Source: Paragordius varius (taxonomy: Eukaryota; Animalia; Nematomorpha). From it: a DNA stretch of 64,000 nt. The notes beneath the pieces were generated by a model that saw nothing but the letters and a program-made list of their open reading frames with translations, made no database searches and was not told where the DNA came from. The stretch's first letter is position 1, and the number at the start of each line of letters is the position of its first letter. Shown in pieces: positions 51,801 to 64,000 of the stretch. The stretch spans positions 13,144,001 to 13,208,000 of the forward strand of contig OZ176053.1 in assembly GCA_964247055.1 (NCBI GenBank), given 5' to 3'. The position numbers were made by a program, and so were the translations under genes.

Positions 51801-54800
51801 TACGACTAGTTTTATACATTAATTTTTAAAGTATTGTTGTAAAAATCGGATATGAAAGAGTTTGCCAAACTATCTCTATATTTATATGTAGTCCTACTAA
51901 GAGAATGTATAAAAAATAATTTTGTTCACCGGTGACCAATATCCGATTTTTAAGGACAAAGTTTAACTTGAGTATTGATGCGACTTATTGATACGACTAG
52001 TTTATACATTAATTTTTAAAGTATCGTTGTAAAAATCGGATATGAAAGAGTTTGTCAAACTATCTCTATATTTTGATGTAGTCTTACTAAGAGAATGTAT
52101 AAAAAATAATTTTGTTCACCAGTGACCAATATCCGATTTTTAGGACAAAGTTTAACTTGAGTATTGATGCGACTAGTTTAATACATTAATTTTTAAAGTA
52201 TCGTTGTAAAAATCGGATATGAAAGAGTTTGTCAAACTATCTCTATATTTTGATGTAGTCTTACTAAGAGAATGTATAAAAAAATATTTTGTTCACCGGG
52301 GACCAATATCCGATTTTTAAGGACAAAGTTTAACTTGAGTATTGATGCGACTTATTGATACGATTAGTTTTATACATTAATTTATAAAGTATTGTTGTAA
52401 TAATCGGATATGAAAGAGTTCGTCAAACTATCTCTATATTTTAATGTAGTCTTGCTAAGAGAATGTATAAAAAATAACTTTGTTCACCGGTGACCAATAT
52501 CCGATTTTTAAGGACAAAGTTTAACTTGAATATTGATGCGACTAGTTTAATACATTAATTTTTAAAGTATAGTTGTAAAAATCGGATATGAAAGAGTTTG
52601 TCAAACTATCTCTATATTTTGATGTAGTCTTACTAAGAGAATGTATAAAAAATAATTTTGTTCACCGGTGACCAATATCCGATTTTTAAGGACAAAGTTT
52701 AACTTGAGTATTGATACGATTAATTGATACGACTAGTTTTATACATTAATTTTTAAAGTATCGTTGTAAAAATCGGATATTAAAGAGTTTGTCAAACTAT
52801 CTCTATATTTTGATGTAGTCTTACTAAGAGAATGTATAAAAAATAATTTTGTTCACCAGTGACCAATATCCTATTTTTAAGGACAAAGTTTAACTTGAGT
52901 ATTGATGCGACTAGTTTAACACATTAATTTTTAAAGTATCGTTGTAAAAATCGGATATGAAAGAGTTTGTCAAACTATCTCTATATTTTGATGTAGTCTT
53001 ACTAAGAGAATATATAAAAAATAATTTTGTTCACCGGTGACCAATATCCGATTTTTAAGGACAAAGTTTAACTTGAGTATTGATGCGACTTATTGATACG
53101 ACTAGTTTATACATTAATTTTTAAAGTATCGTTGTAAAAATCGGATATGAAAGAGTTTGTCAAACTATCTCTATATTTTGATGTAGTCTTACTAAGAGAA
53201 TGTATAAAAAATTATTTTGTTCACCGGGGACCAATATCCGATTTTTAAGGACAAAGTTTAACTTGAGTAATCATGCGACTAGTTTTAGACATTAATTTTT
53301 AAAGTATTGTTGTAAAAATCGCATATGAAAGAGTTTGCCAAACTATCTCTATATTTATATGTAGTCCTACTAAGAGAATGTATAAAAAAATTTTGTTCAC
53401 CAGTGACCAATATCCGATTTTTAAGGACAAAGTTTAACTTGAGTATTGATGCGACTTATTGATACGACTAGTTTAATACATTAATTTTTAAAGTATAGTT
53501 GTAAAAATCGGATATGAAAGAGTTTGTCAAACTATCTCTATATCTTGATGTAGTCTTACTAAGAGAATGTATAAAAAATAATTTTGTTCACCGGTGACCA
53601 ATATCCGATTTTTAAGGACAAAGTTTAACGTGAGTATTGATACGATTTATTGATACGACTAGTTTTATACATTAATTTTTAAAGTATCGTTGTAAAAATC
53701 GAATATGAAAGAGTTTGTCAAACTATCTCTATATTTTGATGTAGTCTTACTAAGAGAATGTATAAAAAATAATTTTGTTCACCGGTGACCAATATCCGAT
53801 TTTTAAGGACAAAGTTTAACTTGAGTATTGATGCGACTAGTTTAACACATTAATTTTTAAAGTATCGTTGTAAAAATCGAATATGAAAGAGTTTGTCAAA
53901 CTATCTCTATATTTTGATGTAGTCTTACTAAGAGAATGTATAAAAAATAATTTTGTTCACCGGTGACCAATATCCGATTTTTAAGGACAAAGTTTAACTT
54001 GAGTATTGATGCGACTAGTTTAACACATTAATTTTTAAAGTATCGTTGTAAAATCGGATATGAAAGAGTTTGTCAAACTATCTCTAATATTTGATGTAGT
54101 CTTACTAAGAGAATGTATAAAAAATAATTTTGTTCACCGGTGACCAATATCCGATTTTTAAGGACAAAGTTTAACTTGAGTATTGATGCGACTAGTTTAA
54201 TACATTAATTTTTAAAGTATCGTTGTACAATCGGATATGAAAGAGTTTGTCAAACTATCTCTATATTTTGATGTAGTCTTACTAAGAGAATGTATAAAAA
54301 ATTATTTTGTTCACCGGGGACCAATATCCGATTTTTAAGGACAAAGTTTAACTTGAGTAATCATGCGACTAGTTTTATACATTAATTTTTAAAGTATTGT
54401 TGTAAAAATCGGATATGAAAGAGTTTGCCAAACTATCTCTATATTTATATGTAGTCCTACTAAGAGAATGTATAAAAAAAATTTTGCTCACCGGTGACCA
54501 ATATCCGATTTTTAAGGACAAAGTTTAACTTGAGTATTGATGCGACTTATTGATACGACTAGTTTATACATTAATTTATAAAGTATCGTTGTAAAAATCG
54601 GATATGAAAGAGTTTGTCAAACTATCTCTATTATTTGATGTAGTCTTGCTAAGAGAATGTATAAAAAATTATTTTGTTCACCGGTGACCAATATCCGATT
54701 TTTAAGGACAAAGTTTAACTTGAGTATTGATGCGACTAGTTTAATACATTAATTTTTAAAGTATCGTTGTAAAAATCGGATATGAAAGAGTTTGTCAAAC

Positions 54801-57800
54801 TATCTCTATATTTTGATGTAGTCTTACTAAGAGAATGTATAAAAAATTATTTTGTTCACCGGGGACCAATATCCGATTTTTAAGGATAAGTTTAACTTGA
54901 GTATTGATGCGACTTATTGATACGACTAGTTTTATACATTAATTTATAAAGTATCGTTGTAAAAATCGGATATGAAAGAGTTTGTCAAAATATCTCTATT
55001 ATTTGATGTAGTCTTACTAAGAGAATGTATAAAAAATAATTTTGTTCACCGGTGACCAATATCCGATTTTTAAGGACAAAGTTTAACTTGAGTTTTGATG
55101 CGACTGGTTTAATACCATAATTTTTAAAGTATCGTTGTACAATCCGGATATGAAAAGAGTTTGTCAAACTATCTTTATATTTTGATGTAGTCTTACTAAG
55201 AAAATGTATAAAAAACTATTTTGTTCACCGGTGACCAATATCCGATTTTTAAGGACAAAGTTTAACTTGAGTATTGATGCGACTAGTTTAATACATTAAT
55301 TTTTAAAGTATCGTTGTAAAAATCGGATATGGAAAGAGTTTGTCAAACTATCTCTATATTTTGATGTAGTCTTACTAAGAAAATTTATAAAAAATTATTT
55401 TGTTCACCGGTGACCAATATCCGATTTTTAAGGACAAAGTTTAACTTGAGTATTGATGCGACTAGTTTAATACATTAATTTTTAAAGTATCGTTGTAAAA
55501 ATCAGATATGGAAAGAGTTTGTCAAACTATCTCTATATTTTGATGTAGTCTTACTAAGAAAATGTATAAAAAATTATTTTGTTCACCGGTGACCAATATC
55601 CGATTTTTAAGGACAAAGTTTAACTTGAGTATTGATGCGACTAGTTTAATACATTAATTTTTAAGTATCGTTGTAAAAATCGGATATGGAAAGAGTTTGT
55701 CAAACTATCTCTATATTTTGATGTAGTCTTACTAAGAGAATGTATAAAAAAATATTTTGTTCACCGGGGACCAATATCCGATTTTTAAGGACAAAGTTTA
55801 ACTTGAGTATTGATGCGACTTATTGATACGATTAGTTTTATACATTAATTTATAAAGTATTGTTGTAATAATCGGATATGAAAGAGTTTGTCAAACTATC
55901 TCTATATTTTGATGTAATCTTGCTAAGAGAATGTATAAAAAATAATTTTGTTCACCGGTGACCAATATCCGATTTTTCAGGACAAAGTTTAACTTGAATA
56001 TTGATGCGACTAGTTTAATACATTAATTTTTAAAGTATAGTTGTAAAAATCGGATATGAAAGAGTTTGTCAAACTATCTCTATATTTTGATGTAGTCTTA
56101 CTAAGAGAATGTATAAAAAATAATTTTGTTCACCGGTGACCAATATCCGATTTTTAAGGACAAAGTTTAACGTGAGTATTGATACGATTTATTGATACGA
56201 CTAGTTTTATACATTAATTTTTAAAGTATCGTTGTAAAAATCGAATATGAAAGAGTTTGTCAAACTATCTCTATATTTTGATGTAGTCTTACTAAGAGAA
56301 TGTATAAAAAATAATTTTGTTCACCGGTGACCAATATCCGATTTTTAAGGACAAAGTTTAACTTGAGTATTGATGCGACTAGTTTAACACATTAATTTTT
56401 AAAGTATCGTTGTAAAATCGGATATGAAAGAGTTTGTCAAACTATCTCTAATATTTGATGTAGTCTTACTAAGAGAATGTATAAAAAATAATTTTGTTCA
56501 CCGGTGACCAATATCCGATTTTTAAGGACAAAGTTTAACTTGAGTATTGATGCGACTAGTTTAATACATTAATTTTTAAAGTATCGTTGTACAATCGGAT
56601 ATGAAAGAGTTTGTCAAACTATCTCTATATTTTGATGTAGTCTTACTAAGAAAATTTATAAAAAATTATTTTGTTCACCGGTGACCAATATCCGATTTTT
56701 AAGGACAAAGTTTAACTTGAGTATTGATGCGACTAGTTTAATACATTAATTTTTAAAGTATCGTTGTAAAAATCAGATATGGAAAGAGTTTGTCAAACTA
56801 TCTCTATATTTTGATGTAGTCTTACTAAGAAAATGTATAAAAAATTATTTTGTTCACCGGTGACCAATATCCGATTTTTAAGGACAAAGTTTAACTTGAG
56901 TATTGATGCGACTAGTTTAATACATTAATTTTTAAAGTATCGTTGTAAAAATCGGATATGGAAAGAGTTTGTCAAACTATCTCTATATTTTGATGTAGTC
57001 TTACTAAGAAAATTTATAAAAAATTATTTTGTTCACCGGTGACCAATATCCGATTTTTAAGGACAAAGTTTAACTTGAGTATTGATGCGACTAGTTTAAT
57101 ACATTAATTTTTAAAGTATCGTTGTAAAAATCAGATATGGAAAGAGTTTGTCAAACTATCTCTATATTTTGATGTAGTCTTACTAAGAAAATGTATAAAA
57201 AATTATTTTGTTCACCGGTGACCAATATCCGATTTTTAAGGACAAAGTTTAACTTGAGTATTGATGCGACTAGTTTAATACATTAATTTTTAAAGTATCG
57301 TTGTAAAAATCGGATATGGAAAGAGTTTGTCAAACTATCTCTATATTTTGATGTAGTCTTACTAAGAGAATGTATAAAAAAATATTTTGTTCACCGGGGA
57401 CCAATATCCGATTTTTAAGGACAAAGTTTAACTTGAGTATTGATGCGACTTATTGATACGATTAGTTTTATACATTAATTTATAAAGTATTGTTGTAATA
57501 ATCGGATATGAAAGAGTTTGTCAAACTATCTCTATATTTTGATGTAATCTTGCTAAGAGAATGTATAAAAAATAATTTTGTTCACCGGTGACCAATATCC
57601 GATTTTTCAGGACAAAGTTTAACTTGAATATTGATGCGACTAGTTTAATACATTAATTTTTAAAGTATAGTTGTAAAAATCGGATATGAAAGAGTTTGTC
57701 AAACTATCTCTATATTTTGATGTAGTCTTACTAAGAGAATGTATAAAAAATAATTTTGTTCACCGGTGACCAATATCCGATTTTTAAGGACAAAGTTTAA

Positions 57801-60800
57801 CGTGAGTATTGATACGATTTATTGATACGACTAGTTTTATACATTAATTTTTAAAGTATCGTTGTAAAAATCGAATATGAAAGAGTTTGTCAAACTATCT
57901 CTATATTTTGATGTAGTCTTACTAAGAGAATGTATAAAAAATAATTTTGTTCACCGGTGACCAATATCCGATTTTTAAGGACAAAGTTTAACTTGAGTAT
58001 TGATGCGACTAGTTTAACACATTAATTTTTAAAGTATCGTTGTAAAATCGGATATGAAAGAGTTTGTCAAACTATCTCTAATATTTGATGTAGTCTTACT
58101 AAGAGAATGTATAAAAAATAATTTTGTTCACCGGTGACCAATATCCGATTTTTAAGGACAAAGTTTAACTTGAGTATTGATGCGACTAGTTTAATACATT
58201 AATTTTTAAAGTATCGTTGTACAATCGGATATGAAAGAGTTTGTCAAACTATCTCTATATTTTGATGTAGTCTTACTAAGAGAATGTATAAAAAAGTATT
58301 TTGTTCACCGGGGACCAATATCCGATTTTTAAGGACAAAGTTTAACTTGAGTAATCATACGACTAGTTTTATACATTAATTTTTAAAGTATTGTTGTAAA
58401 AATCGGATATGAAAGAGTTTGCCAAACTATCTCTATATTTATATGTAGTCCTACTAAGAGAATGTATAAAAAAAATTTTGCTCACCGGTGACCAATATCC
58501 GATTTTTAAGGACAAAGTTTAACTTGAGTATTGATGCGACTTATTGATACGACTAGTTTATACATTAATTTATAAAGTATCGTTGTAAAAATCGGATATG
58601 AAAGAGTTTGTCAAACTATCTCTATTATTTGATGTAGTCTTGCTAAGAGAATGTATAAAAAATTATTTTGTTCACCGGTGACCAATATCCGATTTTTAAG
58701 GACAAAGTTTAACTTGAGTATTGATGCGACTAGTTTAATACATTAATTTTTAAAGTATCGTTGTAAAAATCGGATATGAAAGAGTTTGTCAAACTATCTC
58801 TATATTTTGATGTAGTCTTACTAAGAGAATGTATAAAAAAATATTTTGTTCACCGGGGACCAATATCCGATTTTTAAGGACAAAGTTTAACTTGAGTATT
58901 GATGCGACTTATTGATACGATTAGTTTTATACATTAATTTATAAAGTATTGTTGTAATAATCGGATATGAAAGAGTTCGTCAAACTATCTCTATATTTTA
59001 ATGTAGTCTTGCTAAGAGAATGTATAAAAAATAACTTTGTTCACCGGTGACCAATATCCGATTTTTAAGGACAAAGTTTAACTTGAATATTGATGCGACT
59101 AGTTTAATACATTAATTTTTAAAGTATAGTTGTAAAAATCGGATATGAAAGAGTTTGTCAAACTATCTCTATATTTTGATGTAGTCTTACTAAGAGAATG
59201 TATAAAAAATAATTTTGTTCACCGGTGACCAATATCCGATTTTTAAGGACAAAGTTTAACTTGAGTATTGATACGATTAATTGATACGACTAGTTTTATA
59301 CATTAATTTTTAAAGTATCGTTGTAAAAATCGGATATTAAAGAGTTTGTCAAACTATCTCTATATTTTGATGTAGTCTTACTAAGAGAATGTATAAAAAA
59401 TAATTTTGTTCACCAGTGACCAATATCCTATTTTTAAGGACAAAGTTTAACTTGAGTATTGATGCGACTAGTTTAACACATTAATTTTTAAAGTATCGTT
59501 GTAAAAATCGGATATGAAAGAGTTTGTCAAACTATCTCTATATTTTGATGTAGTCTTACTAAGAGAATATATAAAAAATAATTTTGTTCACCGGTGACCA
59601 ATATCCGATTTTTAAGGACAAAGTTTAACTTGAGTATTGATGCGACTAGTTTAATACATTAATTTTTAAAGTATCGTTGTAAAAATCGGATATGAAAGAG
59701 TTTGTCAAACTATCTCTATATTTTGATGTAGTCTTACTAAGAGAATGTATAAAAAATTATTTTGTTCACCGGGGACCAATATCCGATTTTTAAGGACAAA
59801 GTTTAACTTGAGTAATCATGCGACTAGTTTTAGACATTAATTTTTAAAGTATTGTTGTAAAAATCGCATATGAAAGAGTTTGCCAAACTATCTCTATATT
59901 TATATGTAGTCCTACTAAGAGAATGTATAAAAAAATTTTGTTCACCAGTGACCAATATCCGATTTTTAAGGACAAAGTTTAACTTGAGTATTGATGCGAC
60001 TTATTGATACGATTAGTTTTATACATTAATTTATAAAGTATTGTTGTAATAATCGGATATGGAAAGAGTTTGTCAAACTATCTCTATATTTTGATGTAGT
60101 CTTACTAAGAGAATGTATAAAAAATTATTTTGTTCACCGGTGACCAATATCCGATTTATAAGGATTAAGTTTAACTTGAGTATTGATGCGACTTATTGAT
60201 ACGATTAGTTTTATACATTAATTTATAAAGTATTGTTGTAATAATCGGATATGAAAGAGTTTGTCAAACTATCTCTATATTTTGATGTAATCTTGCTAAG
60301 AGAATGTATAAAAAATAATTTTGTTCACCGGTGACCAATATCCGATTTTTCAGGACAAAGTTTAACTTGAATATTGATGCGACTAGTTTAATACATTAAT
60401 TTTTAAAGTATAGTTGTAAAAATCGGATATGAAAGAGTTTGTCAAACTATCTCTATATCTTGATGTAGTCTTACTAAGAGAATGTATAAAAAATAATTTT
60501 GTTCACCGGTGACCAATATCCGATTTTTAAGGACAAAGTTTAACGTGAGTATTGATACGATTTATTGATACGACTAGTTTTATACATTAATTTTTAAAGT
60601 ATCGTTGTAAAAATCGAATATGAAAGAGTTTGTCAAACTATCTCTATATTTTGATGTAGTCTTACTAAGAGAATGTATAAAAAATAATTTTGTTCACCGG
60701 TGACCAATATCCGATTTTTAAGGACAAAGTTTAACTTGAGTATTGATGCGACTAGTTTAACACATTAATTTTTAAAGTATCGTTGTAAAATCGGATATGA

Positions 60801-63800
60801 AAGAGTTTGTCAAACTATCTCTAATATTTGATGTAGTCTTACTAAGAGAATGTATAAAAAATAATTTTGTTCACCGGTGACCAATATCCGATTTTTAAGG
60901 ACAAAGTTTAACTTGAGTATTGATGCGACTAGTTTAATACATTAATTTTTAAAGTATCGTTGTACAATCGGATATGAAAGAGTTTGTCAAACTATCTCTA
61001 TATTTTGATGTAGTCTTACTAAGAGAATGTATAAAAAATTATTTTGTTCACCGGGGACCAATATCCGATTTTTAAGGACAAAGTTTAACTTGAGTAATCA
61101 TGCGACTAGTTTTATACATTAATTTTTAAAGTATTGTTGTAAAAATCGGATATGAAAGAGTTTGCCAAACTATCTCTATATTTATATGTAGTCCTACTAA
61201 GAGAATGTATAAAAAAAATTTTGCTCACCGGTGACCAATATCCGATTTTTAAGGACAAAGTTTAACTTGAGTATTGATGCGACTTATTGATACGACTAGT
61301 TTATACATTAATTTATAAAGTATCGTTGTAAAAATCGGATATGAAAGAGTTTGTCAAACTATCTCTATTATTTGATGTAGTCTTGCTAAGAGAATGTATA
61401 AAAAATTATTTTGTTCACCGGTGACCAATATCCGATTTTTAAGGACAAAGTTTAACTTGAGTATTGATGCGACTAGTTTAATACATTAATTTTTAAAGTA
61501 TCGTTGTAAAAATCGGATATGAAAGAGTTTGTCAAACTATCTCTATATTTTAATGTAGTCTTACTAAGAGAATGTATAAAAAATTATTTTGTTCACCGGG
61601 GACCAATATCCGATTTTTAAGGATAAGTTTAACTTGAGTATTGATGCGACTTATTGATACGACTAGTTTTATACATTAATTTATAAAGTATCGTTGTAAA
61701 AATCGGATATGAAAGAGTTTGTCAAAATATCTCTATTATTTGATGTAGTCTTACTAAGAGAATGTATAAAAAATAATTTTGTTCACCGGTGACCAATATC
61801 CGATTTTTAAGGACAAAGTTTAACTTGAGTTTTGATGCGACTGGTTTAATACCATAATTTTTAAAGTATCGTTGTACAATCCGGATATGAAAAGAGTTTG
61901 TCAAACTATCTTTATATTTTGATGTAGTCTTACTAAGAAAATGTATAAAAAACTATTTTGTTCACCGGTGACCAATATCCGATTTATAAGGACAAAGTTT
62001 AACTTGAGTATTGATGCGACTAGTTTAATACATTAATTTTTAAAGTATCGTTGTAAAAATCGGATATGGAAAGAGTTTGTCAAACTATCTCTATATTTTG
62101 ATGTAGTCTTACTAAGAAAATTTATAAAAAATTATTTTGTTCACCGGTGACCAATATCCGATTTTTAAGGACAAAGTTTAACTTGAGTATTGATGCGACT
62201 AGTTTAATACATTAATTTTTAAAGTATCGTTGTAAAAATCAGATATGGAAAGAGTTTGTCAAACTATCTCTATATTTTGATGTAGTCTTACTAAGAAAAT
62301 GTATAAAAAATTATTTTGTTCACCGGTGACCAATATCCGATTTTTAAGGACAAAGTTTAACTTGAGTATTGATGCGACTAGTTTAATACATTAATTTTTA
62401 AAGTATCGTTGTAAAAATCGGATATGGAAAGAGTTTGTCAAACTATCTCTATATTTTGATGTAGTCTTACTAAGAGAATGTATAAAAAAATATTTTGTTC
62501 ACCGGGGACCAATATCCGATTTTTAAGGACAAAGTTTAACTTGAGTATTGATGCGACTTATTGATACGATTAGTTTTATACATTAATTTATAAAGTATTG
62601 TTGTAATAATCGGATATGAAAGAGTTTGTCAAACTATCTCTATATTTTGATGTAATCTTGCTAAGAGAATGTATAAAAAATAATTTTGTTCACCGGTGAC
62701 CAATATCCGATTTTTCAGGACAAAGTTTAACTTGAATATTGATGCGACTAGTTTAATACATTAATTTTTAAAGTATAGTTGTAAAAATCGGATATGAAAG
62801 AGTTTGTCAAACTATCTCTATATTTTGATGTAGTCTTACTAAGAGAATGTATAAAAAATAATTTTGTTCACCGGTGACCAATATCCGATTTTTAAGGACA
62901 AAGTTTAACGTGAGTATTGATACGATTTATTGATACGACTAGTTTTATACATTAATTTTTAAAGTATCGTTGTAAAAATCGAATATGAAAGAGTTTGTCA
63001 AACTATCTCTATATTTTGATGTAGTCTTACTAAGAGAATGTATAAAAAATAATTTTGTTCACCGGTGACCAATATCCGATTTTTAAGGACAAAGTTTAAC
63101 TTGAGTATTGATGCGACTAGTTTAACACATTAATTTTTAAAGTATCGTTGTAAAATCGGATATGAAAGAGTTTGTCAAACTATCTCTAATATTTGATGTA
63201 GTCTTACTAAGAGAATGTATAAAAAATAATTTTGTTCACCGGTGACCAATATCCGATTTTTAAGGACAAAGTTTAACTTGAGTATTGATGCGACTAGTTT
63301 AATACATTAATTTTTAAAGTATCGTTGTACAATCGGATATGAAAGAGTTTGTCAAACTATCTCTATATTTTGATGTAGTCTTACTAAGAGAATGTATAAA
63401 AAAGTATTTTGTTCACCGGGGACCAATATCCGATTTTTAAGGACAAAGTTTAACTTGAGTAATCATACGACTAGTTTTATACATTAATTTTTAAAGTATT
63501 GTTGTAAAAATCGGATATGAAAGAGTTTGCCAAACTATCTCTATATTTATATGTAGTCCTACTAAGAGAATGTATAAAAAAAATTTTGCTCACCGGTGAC
63601 CAATATCCGATTTTTAAGGACAAAGTTTAACTTGAGTATTGATGCGACTTATTGATACGACTAGTTTATACATTAATTTATAAAGTATCGTTGTAAAAAT
63701 CGGATATGAAAGAGTTTGTCAAACTATCTCTATTATTTGATGTAGTCTTGCTAAGAGAATGTATAAAAAATTATTTTGTTCACCGGTGACCAATATCCGA

Positions 63801-64000
63801 TTTTTAAGGACAAAGTTTAACTTGAGCATTGATGCGACTAGTTTAATACATTAATTTTTAAAGTATCGTTGTAAAAATCGGATATGAAAGAGTTTGTCAA
63901 ACTATCTCTATATTTTGATGTAGTCTTACTAAGAGAATGTATAAAAAATTATTTTGTTCACCGGGGACCAATATCCGATTTTTAAGGACAAAGTTTAAGT
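48838..64000 (+). repeat. Domain built from a 13-monomer HOR (2365 bp), with full, truncated and rearranged copies
   Basis: Full copies at 48838-51203 and 60326-62691 (13 anchors counted). The markers TTTTTCAGG, TCGAATATG, CTCTAATATTTG and TACAATCGG recur. Confidence 0.88.

Larger units (their letters stand above)
33690..64000 (+). repeat. Satellite DNA array, right arm (same family, same orientation)
   Basis: The same monomer resumes in register straight after the 3' LTR (AGTATTGATGCGAC at 33690) and runs to the window end. About 165 monomers. Confidence 0.99.

Noticed and set aside
50234-61904. Three identical 60-aa minus-strand ORFs (50234, 54985, 61722)
   Set aside because: They are pure satellite sequence opened by a 1-bp insertion (GAAAAGAG) and linked variants. 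They are useful only as duplication markers.
1-64000. CRISPR array
   Set aside because: There are no unique spacers (whole monomers repeat), the unit is 178-191 bp, there are no cas genes, and the context is eukaryotic.
1-64000. Arabidopsis CEN178/CEN180 identity suggested by the 178-bp length
   Set aside because: I see no resemblance to the CEN178 consensus as I recall it, and the inserted element is Mag-like (mainly metazoan), not ATHILA. The length match most likely reflects nucleosome-scale convergence. Not confirmed by search.
1-64000. CpG-methylation signature (variants TATTGTT, TATCATT, CACTGG, CACCAG, TCAGAT)
   Set aside because: Such transitions occur, but the consensus has 5 CpGs against about 3.3 expected, so there is no depletion, and many non-CpG changes are equally common. 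A counted mutation spectrum is needed.
1-64000. Inversions or strand switches in the array, and 10-bp-phased A-tracts
   Set aside because: No reverse-oriented monomers were noticed. A/T tracts are abundant, but I could not see convincing helical phasing by eye.

Overview
This is a eukaryotic, probably metazoan, heterochromatic or centromere-like window. About 93% of it is one uninterrupted head-to-tail AT-rich satellite array (~27% GC, roughly 325 monomers, all on the same strand). There are two monomer length classes, 178 bp and 191 bp, which differ by a tandem duplication of a 13-bp sub-repeat. The monomer is unusually rich in dyad symmetry: a perfect 14-bp inverted repeat, a 10-bp palindrome and several small hairpins. 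It also carries a degenerate CENP-B-box-like motif. The array is organised as a patchwork of local higher-order repeats (3-, 5-, 9-, 10-, 11-, 13-, 14-, 16- and 19-mers) plus longer-range echoes at 11.5 kb and about 35-37 kb. One full-length, apparently intact 4,512-bp Ty3/Gypsy LTR retrotransposon of the Mag type is inserted at 29178-33689. It has two 314-bp LTRs that read identical by eye, a 5-bp TSD (AGTAT), a tRNA-Ser(GCU)-type PBS, a PPT and a single 1278-aa Gag-PR-RT-RH-IN ORF. Its unusual features are TG...TA termini, a 19-bp-periodic triple TACGTGAC array in the LTR, and no chromodomain. No host genes, RNA genes or CRISPR arrays are supported. All alignments and offsets were read by eye. 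Marker-to-marker offsets should be within a few bp, but block edges are approximate (to within about one monomer).
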